DNA from: an uncultured Chloroflexia bacterium
GTDB lineage: Bacteria; Chloroflexota; Limnocylindria; Limnocylindrales; CSP1-4
NCBI GenBank assembly: GCA_963705425.1
Contig: CAVPJO010000009.1
Span: forward strand, 189,184 to 253,183
Length of the DNA stretch: 64,000 nucleotides
Reading direction: 5' to 3'
The translations under genes were made by a program, and so were the position numbers. Below the pieces are notes generated by a model. It made no database searches. It had not been told where the DNA came from and worked only from the letters and a program-made list of their open reading frames with translations. Below, piece after piece: positions 10,956-22,824 of this stretch (positions are counted from its first letter, which is position 1; every line of letters starts with the position of its first letter).

Positions 10956-11595
10956 TTGGCCCATTCATCTCGGACCTGGACCGGCGCACGTACGCCGCAG
11001 GCCCTGAAGCGCGTCCGCCAGTCTCACCGTCGCAACGCCATCCTGCAGCCGCGGCGCACCGCCGCCAAGACGCAGGTCAAGAACGCGCTGCTCGCGGCTG
11101 AGGGCGGCGACGTCGAGGCCACGCGCAAGGCCGTCGCCGAAGCCGCCGCGGCGCTCGATCGCGCGGCCAAGGTCGGGGCCATCCATCCCAACAACGCCGC
11201 TCGCCGCAAGAGCCGCCTGATGCACCGCGCCAACGCAGCGCTCGGTGGTGAGACCCTGCGTGGCCGCCAAGCCGCAGCGCCAGGTCTGCAAGGCCGCGGC
11301 CACCAAGGCTGCCAAGGCTCGCATCGCCGCCAGCAAGGCCTCCAAGGCCAAGGGCGAGCAGACGGCCGCCGGCAAGGCCCGCGCCGCGCTCACCAAGTCT
11401 GCCCGCAGCAGCGACAGCAAGAAGACCACCGCCAAGTCGACGACGACCAAGGCTGCCTCAGCCAAATCGACCGCGGCCAAGTCGACCGCGACCAAGTCGA
11501 CTTCGGCCAAGAAGCCCGCAGCCAAGAAGACGACCACCAAGGCCAAGTCGACCGCCAAGAAGACGACCACCAAGAAGACGACCAAGGGAGAGTAG
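10956..11595 (+). CDS. rpsT: 30S ribosomal protein S20 with long Lys/Ala/Thr/Ser-rich C-terminal extension (one indel near 11255)
   Basis: ALKRVRQSHRRN...KT.VK...LDRAAKVGAIHPNNAARRKSRL; the continuation frame reads AATKAAKARIAASK...KKTTTKKTTKGE*. Confidence 0.9.
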
Positions 11596-11624
11596 GGCTC
11601 ACCCCTCTCCGTTCTCGCCAGCGC

Positions 11625-11660
11625 AGAAGCGGCGTCTCGACCATCGAGACCGCCGCTTCT
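11625..11660. terminator. Hairpin terminator between convergent rpsT and the membrane protein gene
   Basis: AGAAGCGGCG-TCTCGA/cca/TCGAGA-C-CGCCGCTTCT inverted repeat. Confidence 0.7.
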
Positions 11661-11772
11661 CTGTGTCCGGCGCCAGACACATGTTCTCGATGCGCCCGCC
11701 GAGCACGGCCGACATGCCCGCCACCCGCCGAGTACCGGCCCCGCTCCGAACGAGGGCGACGAGCGGCCGGCG

Positions 11773-12460
11773 CTACTCGGAGGCGGCCATCAGGGCTTCG
11801 ATGTCCTCGGCACTCGGGGCTGGGCGCCAGGCACGCCAGGCCGCCGGGACGAGTGCGCCACCGAGCGTCATGACCAGGAGCGTCAAGGTCGTCTCGCCCT
11901 GCCAGCGCCAGACGGCGGCCTCGAAGGAGGCGGCATCGGTGATGCCGTCGGCGACGAGGTCCTGCCCGTGGCCCTCGTCGAGGAATCGCTGTAGGTGCAC
12001 TCGGGGCCCGTGGAGCAGTCGAGCTGGCCGCCCATCGTCTCGGGGCGGTAGCCCGGAGTCGGCGTAGATGAAGAGCAGTCGCAGGGCCACGTACATGAGG
12101 GCCAGGCTGACGCCCGGTGACGGCGCCGGCGAAGCCGGCGTTGCTGAAGAGTCGCCAGCGGGGACGCCAGCGCATCGGACTTGTGGTTGGCGTAGTAGCC
12201 GATGATGAGGCCGGCGAAGGGCGCCGAGATGAACACCAGCGCCTGGATGGCCACGACGAGCTCGAAGGAGATGGCGATGGTGACGGCCATGCCCAGGCCC
12301 ACCAGGGCTGCGTAGATGGCACCACGGTCAAGCACCCGACCCTGGCCGGGTCGGGTGCTCTCGCGTAGCTTCCGGTTCGAGCCCGGCGTCCTCGACCGGC
12401 GCACCGCTCGGATCGACCTGGGGCCCGGCCTCGTCGGTGCGAGGCCCTTCGGTCGTCAAG
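11773..12460 (-). CDS. Hypothetical membrane protein downstream of eno; frameshifted, start approximate
   Basis: Joined frames give TM helices (IYAALVGLGMAVTIAISF..., LMYVALRLLFIY) and an extracytoplasmic loop with DCSTGPEC. Confidence 0.6.
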
Positions 12461-12469
12461 CGCTGACGA

Positions 12470-14979
<2,510 letters not shown>

Positions 14980-15009
14980 GTCGGTCTCGGTGTCGGTCTC
15001 GCCGGTCTC

Positions 15010-16017
15010 TTACAGGCGGTCGCCCATGTACTCGACGAGGTCGGCCACGCGGCAGCTGTAGCCCCACTCGTTGTCGTACCAGGCGAGGACCTTCACGAAG
15101 TTGCCACCGAGGCTCATGGTGCTCGGTGCATCGATGATCGAGCTGCGCGTGTCACCCCGGAAGTCCGAGGAGACGAGCGGCTGGACCTCGACCCCGAGGA
15201 TGCCCTGCATGGGGCCATCAGCAGCAGCCTGGAAGGCGGCGTTGATCTCCTCGGCCGAAGCGTCCTTCTCGAGCTCGGCGGTGAAGTCGACGACCGAGAC
15301 GGTGGGGGTCGGTACACGCAGGCTGAAGCCGTCGAATTTGCCCTTCAGGTCGGGGATGACCAGGGACAGGGCCTTGGCCGCACCGGTCGAGGTGGGGATG
15401 ATGTTGAGGGCGGCTGCGCGGGCGCGGCGCGGATCCTTGTGGAAGACGTCGAGCACGTTCTGGTCGTTGGTGTAGCTGTGGATGGTGTTCATCAGGCCGC
15501 GCTTGATGACCCAGTTGTCGTGGACGACCTTGGCCGCTGGCGCCAGGCAGTTGGTGGTGCAGCTGGCGTTGCTGATGATGTTGTGCTTGCTGGAGTCGTA
15601 GACGTCCTCGTTGACGCCGAGCACGATGGTCGCGTCTTCGTTCTTGGCCGGGGCGCTGATGAGCACCTTCTTGGCGCCCGCCTCGAGGTGCCCGGATGCC
15701 TTCGTGGCGTCGGTGAAGATGCCCGTGGACTCGATGACGATGTCGACACCGAGGTCGCCCCAGGGCAGGTCCGCCGGGTTGCGCTCGGAGAGGACCTTGA
15801 TCTCGTTGCCGTTGACGATCAGGGAGCTCTCGGTGTGCTCGACGGTGCCGTCGAAGGCGCCGTAGGTGGAGTCATGCTTGAACAGCAGCGCGTTCAGCTC
15901 GACCGACATGAGGTCATTGACGGCGACGACCTCGGCGCCGGGGGTGCGCTCGATGAGAGCCTTGAGCGACTGGCGGCCGATGCGGCCGAAGCCGTTGATG
16001 CCGACCCGGGTAGTCAT
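15010..16017 (-). CDS. gap: Type I glyceraldehyde-3-phosphate dehydrogenase
   Basis: [22 protein letters not shown] and WYDNEWGYS motifs; AGGAG RBS before ATG 16017. Confidence 0.98.
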   Translation of the reverse strand: MTTRVGINGFGRIGRQSLKALIERTPGAEVVAVNDLMSVELNALLFKHDSTYGAFDGTVEHTESSLIVNGNEIKVLSERNPADLPWGDLGVDIVIESTGIFTDATKASGHLEAGAKKVLISAPAKNEDATIVLGVNEDVYDSSKHNIISNASCTTNCLAPAAKVVHDNWVIKRGLMNTIHSYTNDQNVLDVFHKDPRRARAAALNIIPTSTGAAKALSLVIPDLKGKFDGFSLRVPTPTVSVVDFTAELEKDASAEEINAAFQAAADGPMQGILGVEVQPLVSSDFRGDTRSSIIDAPSTMSLGGNFVKVLAWYDNEWGYSCRVADLVEYMGDRL

Positions 16018-16183
16018 GGTTGGGACTCCTTGCTTCGCGCTACGCTCTGCCCAGCGGTCGCCGGGGAGCGAGCAGTTCATGTGGTCGTCTGCCAGGTTGG
16101 CCGTTCACGCGCGTGACGATTCCGGGTCCTGACGCTATGTGGTGGCGCCCGCCGACACTGCGGTCGCGCCATGATGGTCGCTT

Positions 16184-17224
16184 CTAGCGGGCCAACTCGG
16201 GCAGGGCCGATGCGACGAGAGGTACCGTGCCGATAAGCCCGACGTCATCGCCGAGGGCAGCCTGCACCACGCGTACGCGCTCTGCCTGGATGCGGAACGC
16301 GGACTCGGCCACGGCATCCCGAGCCGGTGCGATCAGACGCTCTCCCCACGCGAGCGTGATGCCACCACCGAGGATGACCACGTCCGGGCCGAAGACGTTG
16401 ACGATGGAGACCACCGCGACGGCTACGGCCCGTCGAGCCCGCTCAAGTATGACGCCTGCGACGGCATCACCCAAATCGGCCGCTTCCGAGACGTGCACCG
16501 CGGTCAGCGGGTGGGGCTCGATCTCGGCGGCGATCCGGGCCAGCTCCGGGGCATCCGCTCCGCCCTCGAGCGCGGCTCGAGCCCTGGCGGCGATGCCGGT
16601 GCCGCTCGCGAGTGCCTCGAGATGGCCGACGCCGCCGCAGCCACAGAGGGGGCCGTCCATGTCCACGGTCATGTGGCCGAGCTCGCCGGCCACACCGTCG
16701 GGGCCGACCACGGGACGGCCACCGCTCATGGCCGCTCCACCGACCCCGGTGGAGATGGTCAGGTAGATGAGGTCGCCCGAGCCATCCCCGGCGCCGAAGT
16801 CACGCTCGCCGAGGATGTTGACGTTGGTGTCCTTACCCAGCGCCCAGGGCAGGCTCAGGGCCTCGCCGAGGGTCGGCGCCAAGGGGAAACCCCACCAGGC
16901 GCCACGCAGGTTGGGTGGGTCGATGAACGTACCGGCGTCCGCATCGAGCGGACCGGGCGCGGCCACGCCGACCGCGATGGGTGCATCCCCGCCGGCGGCC
17001 AGGTGCTCATCGCGGACGACCCGGAGCAGGTCCAGGCAGTAGTCGATGACGGCTGTCGCGCCGTCGGCCATGGGTGTGGCACCGGCACGGCGGGCGGTCA
17101 GTTCACCCTCGGGCGTGACCACCGCCGCGCGCGCGTTGGTAGCACCCAGGTCGAGAGCGAGCACCGGGCCTGAGAGCGTCGTCTGCGAGTGGTTCGTGGG
17201 CATCGTGGTCTCGTGGTCGCTCAT
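16184..17224 (-). CDS. ROK family sugar kinase (glucokinase-like)
   Basis: LDLGATN, PGPLD, ISTGVGG and GELGH...CGCGGVGHLEALASG motifs; no N-terminal HTH. Confidence 0.9.
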   Translation of the reverse strand: MSDHETTMPTNHSQTTLSGPVLALDLGATNARAAVVTPEGELTARRAGATPMADGATAVIDYCLDLLRVVRDEHLAAGGDAPIAVGVAAPGPLDADAGTFIDPPNLRGAWWGFPLAPTLGEALSLPWALGKDTNVNILGERDFGAGDGSGDLIYLTISTGVGGAAMSGGRPVVGPDGVAGELGHMTVDMDGPLCGCGGVGHLEALASGTGIAARARAALEGGADAPELARIAAEIEPHPLTAVHVSEAADLGDAVAGVILERARRAVAVAVVSIVNVFGPDVVILGGGITLAWGERLIAPARDAVAESAFRIQAERVRVVQAALGDDVGLIGTVPLVASALPELAR

Positions 17225-17273
17225 GGGCGAACGGTCTGTGGTCGGTCGTAGGGAACCAGTCTAGAGACGGCAA

Positions 17274-17302
17274 GTGACCCCGGTCGGCTCGACCGGGGTC
17301 AC
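17274..17302 (-). terminator. Intrinsic terminator-like hairpin after the small Zn-ribbon gene
   Basis: Perfect 13-bp stem GTGACCCCGGTCG/GCT/CGACCGGGGTCAC. Confidence 0.75.
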
Positions 17303-17324
17303 CGTTCGCGTCAGAGAGAAGGAG

Positions 17325-17465
17325 TCAGCCGCCGATGCGGAAGACGCTGCCGCCACACTTCGGGCAGGTGCCCTTGGTCGCGGGCTTTCCGTTCTTCATG
17401 GTGATCTTCTGTGGATTCTGGATCTCGACCTTCTGCTTGTCCTTGACGCAATATGCTTCGGCCAT
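17325..17465 (-). CDS. Small Zn-ribbon protein (DUF5679-like, 46 aa), missed by the ORF track
   Basis: MAEAYCVKDKQKVEIQNPQKITMKNGKPATKGTCPKCGGSVFRIGG*; strong AGGAGG RBS; own terminator. Confidence 0.85.
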   Translation of the reverse strand: MAEAYCVKDKQKVEIQNPQKITMKNGKPATKGTCPKCGGSVFRIGG

Positions 17466-17581
17466 TCGGATTCCTCCTGTCCCTCCGAGCGCATCGTCGT
17501 GCTCGGTTCCCTCTCGGGCCCGATCACTTGCCGAGCCTCGGTTCTTGATCGGCAGCGGTGTGCCGCTTGATGACTGTGACT

Positions 17582-18440
17582 CTAGTAGGGTGCCACCTTT
17601 GGCGACCAGTGTGAGGGACGCCAGTGCTTCTCGCCTGACGCTAGCAATTGGCGATCCATCTCGGCAAGCACGTGCAGAGCCTCCAAGCCGACCTCGATGA
17701 GCCCATCCTCGGCAACCCGCTTCTGCTGGACCGTGACGAACTCGCCGGTGGTGCGCTGCGCGAACACGGTGCAGATGACGCCCGCCCGGCAGCCCGCCAG
17801 TGCGGCCAGCGTCAGTACCGCGGATGCCTCCATCTCGAAGTTGATGACACCCTGTCGGGCCATCCGCTCGGCCATGTCCGGGAAGCGCAGCGGCAGCTGC
17901 GGGATGGGCCGCCCTTGTGCGCCATAGAAACCCGGGGCCGTCGCGGTCAACCCGAGGTGGGCCGGGTGGCCTGTCTGGTTGGCGGCTTCGAGCAAGGCCA
18001 GGACCGCGGTGTGGTCCGCGACTGCCGGATAGCCATCCTCGACGAAGAACGAGGTGGTGTTCTCAAGGCGGACCGCGCCGGTGGTGATGACCAGGTCTCC
18101 GAGCGCGATGCCCTCACGCAAGACACCACACGAGCCGATGCGGATGAAGGTGGGCTTCTCGGCGATGGCCAGCAGCTCGGCGAGGACGATCTCGATGTTG
18201 TCGGCACCGATGCCCGTCGAGACCACCGTGATGCGAAGGCCTCGATGCCGCCCGGTGACCGAGCTGAACTCGCGATGCTGGCGATCGACCTCGATGTCGT
18301 CGAGAAGCGATGCGATCCGCTCCGTGCGGTCGAGGTCACCCGGCAAGAGGATGTAGTCGGCCACCTCGCCGGGGGCGAGGTCGATGTGGTACTGGCGCTC
18401 GGTGTCGGGCAGCGTCGATCAGCGGGTCCGCGTGGGGCAC
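17582..18440 (-). CDS. Nucleoside (uridine) phosphorylase, PNP/UDP-1 family; indel near the 5' end
   Basis: QYHIDLAPGEVADYILLPGD..R, HREF, STGIG, RIGSCG, FYGAQGR and NFEMEAS motifs; AGGAGG before GTG 18440. Confidence 0.88.
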
Positions 18441-18584
18441 CCTGCCTCCTTCTCGTTCACCCCGGCCAGCGCGAGGACTGCGCGGAACGATAGTCACCAT
18501 CGAGCGTGCGTGCAAGCCGATTCCGCCACACATCGGTCACGCTCTGGCCACGCTCGCAGTCGGGGGACCGCCTACGATGGAGCC

Positions 18585-19172
18585 ATGAGCGATCCTCTGG
18601 CCACCCTCGAAGCCATCTTCGACGAGCACCTCGAGGTGGCCTCCGCGACCCGAGCGCGCCTGCTTCCCGAGGTCGAGGCCCTGGCTGTGCAGCTCATCGA
18701 GGCCTTCGCCGGCGGTGGACGGCTGCTCGTCTTCGGCAATGGCGGCAGCGCAGCCGATGCGCAGCACTTCGCCGGCGAGTTGACCGGACACTACCGGCGC
18801 GACCGCCGGCCACTGCCGGCCTTGGCGCTGACGACCGATACCTCGGTCCTGACGGCCATCGCCAATGACTACAGCTACGACGACATCTTCGCCCGACAGG
18901 TGGAAGCGCACTGCGGCGCGCCTGACGTGGTCGTGGGCATCAGCACCTCAGGCAACGCCGAGAACGTGATCCGGGGCATCGCCGTCGCCCGGGAGCGGGG
19001 TGCCCACACATGGGCCTTCAGCGGCGGGTCTGGCGGACGCCTCGCTGAGGCCGCCGAGTTCGCGCTCCTGGTCCCCTCGGACGCGACGGCGCGCATCCAG
19101 GAGATGCACATCACCGTCATCCACGCGGTCTGCGAGCTGGTGGATGCATGGGCCGCCCGCGAGATCGGCTAG
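18585..19172 (+). CDS. SIS-domain phosphoheptose isomerase (GmhA/DiaA-like)
   Basis: GNGGSAADAQHFAGEL, TAIANDYSY..IFARQV, GISTSGN and TARIQEMH motifs. Confidence 0.88.
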   Translation: MSDPLATLEAIFDEHLEVASATRARLLPEVEALAVQLIEAFAGGGRLLVFGNGGSAADAQHFAGELTGHYRRDRRPLPALALTTDTSVLTAIANDYSYDDIFARQVEAHCGAPDVVVGISTSGNAENVIRGIAVARERGAHTWAFSGGSGGRLAEAAEFALLVPSDATARIQEMHITVIHAVCELVDAWAAREIG

Positions 19173-19187
19173 CCTCGAACACGCGGA

Positions 19188-19997
19188 TCAAGTGCCCGCG
19201 GCTGTCGCCTCCATGACGCCCTGTTCACGCGCGCCGACCATGTACTCCACGACCTCGGTCGTGTTGGTGGACGCGGATGGCATCTCGGCGACCTTGCGAC
19301 CGCGGTGCATGATCACGATGCGGTCGGTGGCCGCGAAGACGTCCGGCAGCGTGTGCGAGATGAAGATGACCGGCACGCCCTGCTCCCTGAGCGTCTTGAT
19401 GAGCGCCATGACCTTGCGCTGTTCGGGCACGCCCAGGTTGTTGGTGGGCTCGTCCATGATCATCATCCGTGCGTTCCAGTAGATGGCGCGGGCGATGGCC
19501 ACGGCCTGCCTTTGGCCACCGGAGAGCTTCTCGATCTCCTTGCGCATCTGCGGGATCTGGATGCCGAGGCTGTCGAGGATGCCGGATGATTCGTCGAGCA
19601 TCTTCTGCTCATCGAGCGTGCGGATGGCGCCACCGAGGTAGCGTCGCTTGACCTCCCGGCCCAGGAAGATATTGGCGCTCACATCGAGGTTGCCGGCCAG
19701 GGCGAGATCCTGGTAGATGGTCTCGATGCCGGCCTCACGGGCGTCGATCGGTCGCGAGAAATGGACCTCCCTGCCCTCGAAGAAGATGTGCCCGCCATCG
19801 GGATGATGAACACCAGAAACGCACTTGATGAGTGTGGACTTGCCAGCGCCGTTGTCGCCGACCAGGCCGACCACCTCCCCAGGGTAGATGTCGAGGCTGA
19901 CACCATCGACCGCGGTCAAGCCACCGAAACGCTTGACCAGGTTGCGGACGGAGAGGATGGGCTCGCTGGACACGGTCGCACCCTGCTCTTCGCTCAT
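19188..19997 (-). CDS. Sugar ABC transporter ATP-binding protein
   Basis: GDNGAGKSTL, LSGGQRQAVAIARA, IMDEPT and FISH motifs. Confidence 0.95.
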   Translation of the reverse strand: MSEEQGATVSSEPILSVRNLVKRFGGLTAVDGVSLDIYPGEVVGLVGDNGAGKSTLIKCVSGVHHPDGGHIFFEGREVHFSRPIDAREAGIETIYQDLALAGNLDVSANIFLGREVKRRYLGGAIRTLDEQKMLDESSGILDSLGIQIPQMRKEIEKLSGGQRQAVAIARAIYWNARMMIMDEPTNNLGVPEQRKVMALIKTLREQGVPVIFISHTLPDVFAATDRIVIMHRGRKVAEMPSASTNTTEVVEYMVGAREQGVMEATAAGT

Positions 19998-21127
19998 TGG
20001 CTCTCCGCCCTTCCGGCTACCAGGTCACGGGCCTGGTCGATGAGCACGGCCATGATGACCACGACACCGATGATGACGAACTGCAGGAACGGGTCGACCT
20101 GCAGCATGATCAGGCCGGTGACCAGGATGGCGATGATAAGCGCCCCGATGACCGTGCCCATGACAGTGCCTCGCCCGCCGTACATGCTGACGCCACCGAT
20201 GATCACCGCGGCGATGCTGTTGAGCAGCAGCGGCTCACCGGCGATGCCCGAGCCGCCCGTGAAGCGGGCGGTGTACAGGATGCCGGCCAGGCCAGCCGTG
20301 AAGGCCGACAGCGTGAAGATCTTGATGGTCTGACGATCGGCCGGGACACCGGCGCGGACCGAGGCTTCGCGATTGCCACCGATGGCAAAGGTGTGGCGTC
20401 CGAACTGTGTCTTGTGCAGCAGGAACACGGCGATGGCCACGGTGATGGCGGTCACGACCACGGGCCACGAGAAGACGCGGTCCATGCTGCGCAAGGCCTC
20501 GCCGGCGACATCAGGCTTGAAGAGGAAGGAGATGCCACCTCCATCGCCGTGCTGCCAGTACAGCAGCGATTCGTTGCCGAGGTCGCGAACCTCGGGCGGC
20601 AGTCCGCCGATGGTCCTGCCGTTCGAGATCATGAGCGCCGCGCCGCGCGCCACGAAGGCCATGCCCAGGGTCACGATGAAGCTGGGCACGCGAAGCTTGG
20701 CGATGATGATGCCGCTGATGAGGCCGACTGACGAGGCGGCGGCGAGAGCCAAGGCGGACCCCAGGGCGATGGCTGGGTACACGCCGATGCCCGCATCGAC
20801 CATGAGCAGTGTGGACCGGGCCGACACGACCGATGAAAGGCCCATCACCCAACCCACAGAGAGGTCGATGCCGCCGGAGATGATGACGAACGTCTGGCCC
20901 AGACCGAGCAGCAACACGGGCACGATGGTGTTGAGGATCGATTGGATATTGCGCAGGTTGAGGAAGAACACCTCGCCATCGGTCCGCGCGTAGACACTGA
21001 TGGTGAAGAAGATGATCAGCCCCAGCAGGAAGACCCATGCCCACGCACGACTGATCGCCAGAACGATCTGCCTGCGCCTCTCCAGACGCGGATCGATCGA
21101 CGGGGCCTGGATCTTTGGATCAGCCAA
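19994..21127 (-). CDS. Sugar ABC transporter permease (RbsC-like, CUT2)
   Basis: ISGGIDLSVG, VPSFIVTLG, TQFGRHTFAIGGN.EAS..AG and IAAVIIGGVSMYGGRG motifs. Confidence 0.93.
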   Translation of the reverse strand: MADPKIQAPSIDPRLERRRQIVLAISRAWAWVFLLGLIIFFTISVYARTDGEVFFLNLRNIQSILNTIVPVLLLGLGQTFVIISGGIDLSVGWVMGLSSVVSARSTLLMVDAGIGVYPAIALGSALALAAASSVGLISGIIIAKLRVPSFIVTLGMAFVARGAALMISNGRTIGGLPPEVRDLGNESLLYWQHGDGGGISFLFKPDVAGEALRSMDRVFSWPVVVTAITVAIAVFLLHKTQFGRHTFAIGGNREASVRAGVPADRQTIKIFTLSAFTAGLAGILYTARFTGGSGIAGEPLLLNSIAAVIIGGVSMYGGRGTVMGTVIGALIIAILVTGLIMLQVDPFLQFVIIGVVVIMAVLIDQARDLVAGRAESQ

Positions 21128-21148
21128 GTGCTGGGTCCTCGCTAAGAA

Positions 21149-21178
21149 GCGTGAGGCGCCCGTGGGGGCACCTCACGC
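21149..21178 (-). other. Intra-operon stem-loop between the SBP and permease genes
   Basis: GCGTGAGG(C)GCCC/GTGG/GGGC(A)CCTCACGC hairpin, as typically stabilises SBP mRNA. Confidence 0.55.
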
Positions 21179-21215
21179 AGGATCTCAGCAGGCTAGTGAA
21201 GCCTGCCGTTGTGGC

Positions 21216-22201
21216 CTATTCGACCTGATAGATGAACCTGGCGACCTCAGGATCGTCGACGTTGTCACGATCGATGATGGCGAAGCCGGTGGTCACATGC
21301 GGTGGCAGGCTGGTCACGCCAGCCGCATCCGCCATGGCAAAGGCCACACCCAGGTAGCCCATGTCGGCCGGCTTCTGCGCGAGCACGAGGCTGACCGTGC
21401 CGTCCCGCAGCAGCTCGATGGCGCGCGCGGTGGCGTCATAGGCCGCGATCTCGATCTCGCCCTCGTAGCCGGCGTTCTTGACGGCAGTGCCGGCGCCATG
21501 GGCGCTGAACACGTTGACGCCGAAGATGCCCGCGAGGTCCGGATGGACCTGCAGGACGGCCTCGGTCTGCTGGACCGAGATGGCCTCGACATCCTCGTTG
21601 TAGTCCTCGACCGACGATCTCGATGTCCGCGTACGAATCGAAGACCTCACGGCAGCCGATGCTGCGATCACGGGTCGAGCTGGCGTCAGGGTTGGTGTTC
21701 TGGATATAGACCTTGCCCGCGCCGCCGATGCCGTCAGCGATGGCCTGGCAAGCGATGCGCCCGCCTTCCTGGTTGTCCGAGCCGATGTACGAGATGGGGA
21801 AGGTCACGGGGCCATCGACATAGTCGCCATCACCAAGGAACGTGTCGACGGTGATGATCTTGGTGCCCTGGTCCAGCTGCCTCCTGTAGCGGGGCGATCA
21901 TCTCTTCGTTGCTGACCGGGGCGGTGATGATGTAGTCCAGGTTGCCCTGGCCCTTCAGCGCGCTGAGGATGGGATCCTGGGCCGCGGTGCCCCAGGTGTC
22001 GGGGTACTGCGCGATCTGGATTTCGAGGCCGAAGTCGTTCTCAGCCGCGTGGATGCCCTGCTCCATGACCTGGTAGAAGGGATCCAGGATGCCGGGAAGG
22101 AAGGCGATGTTGGGTTTCTCGTCGTCCTGCGCCGCGGCGGCCGCCGGCAGCATCGCCGCAGTCAGCAGGGCGACGGACGTGATGGTAAGCAATCGCTTCA
22201 C
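21216..22201 (-). CDS. Sugar ABC transporter substrate-binding protein (RbsB-like); frameshifted
   Basis: Signal peptide; DPFYQVMEQG, YIGSDNQEGG and LVLAQKPADMGYLGV motifs across three frames. Confidence 0.9.
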
Positions 22202-22376
22202 GTGATTCCTCCTCGCAAGGGTCAGTAGGTGTCGGATGACGCGGGATCAACGACGTCCTGATCGAAGGCAGCCTCCTCTCACTCTTCCCTTGCCGATGCG
22301 GGCCTCCGGCCCTGCTACCGGCGCGTGTCTTCCGTGCGTTTCGTGGCTTCCTTGCTCCTCTCGAGCAGACCGAGTC

Positions 22377-22437
22377 GTGCACGTTACATCTGGACGCGGG
22401 CTGACACCGCTATCACTTGGCAATGACATCGTATGCA
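22377..22437. promoter_or_regulatory. Putative LacI-family operators between the ABC operon and the LacI remnant
   Basis: TGACACCGCTATCA (22402-22415) fits TGWNANCGNTNWCA; weaker copies are TGACATCGTATGCA (22424-22437) and TGCACGTTACA (about 22378-22388). Confidence 0.55.
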
Positions 22438-22488
22438 TCCCAACCGAGCATACGCCTTCCAGCGGGCTCAAGAGAAGTACCTGAGGCA

Positions 22489-22824
22489 ATGGCTGGACGC
22501 AGCGAGGGCGTCTGCTGCAGGCGTGAACGGGTGAAGGATCACCCCGGTGTGCGCGACGTCATCGAGGTGGCTGGTGCAAGCTTCAATGCCGTCTCACGGG
22601 TCAGCAAGGGCGAGTGCGACGGGAGACGGGAGACGGCGGAGCGCGTCCTGACGGCGGCGCGCTCTGCCGACGCAGCCGAGCTGGAGCGAGCCGGCGCCGA
22701 GCTGCTGCTCAAGCGCATGGCGGGCTGGTCGGCGCCGCCGCAGAAGATCGTCCTGCCGACCTCACTGGTGGCCCGAGGTTCCGGCGAGATCAGCCCCGGG
22801 CAGGCGGTGAGTCAGTCCGGGTAG
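22489..22824 (+). pseudogene. LacI-family repressor remnant (HTH fused to the extreme C-terminus; ligand-binding core deleted)
   Basis: VRDVIEVAGASFNAVSRV...ETAERVLTAA joined directly to AAELERAGAELLLKRM...PQKIVLPTSLVARGSG. Confidence 0.75.
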
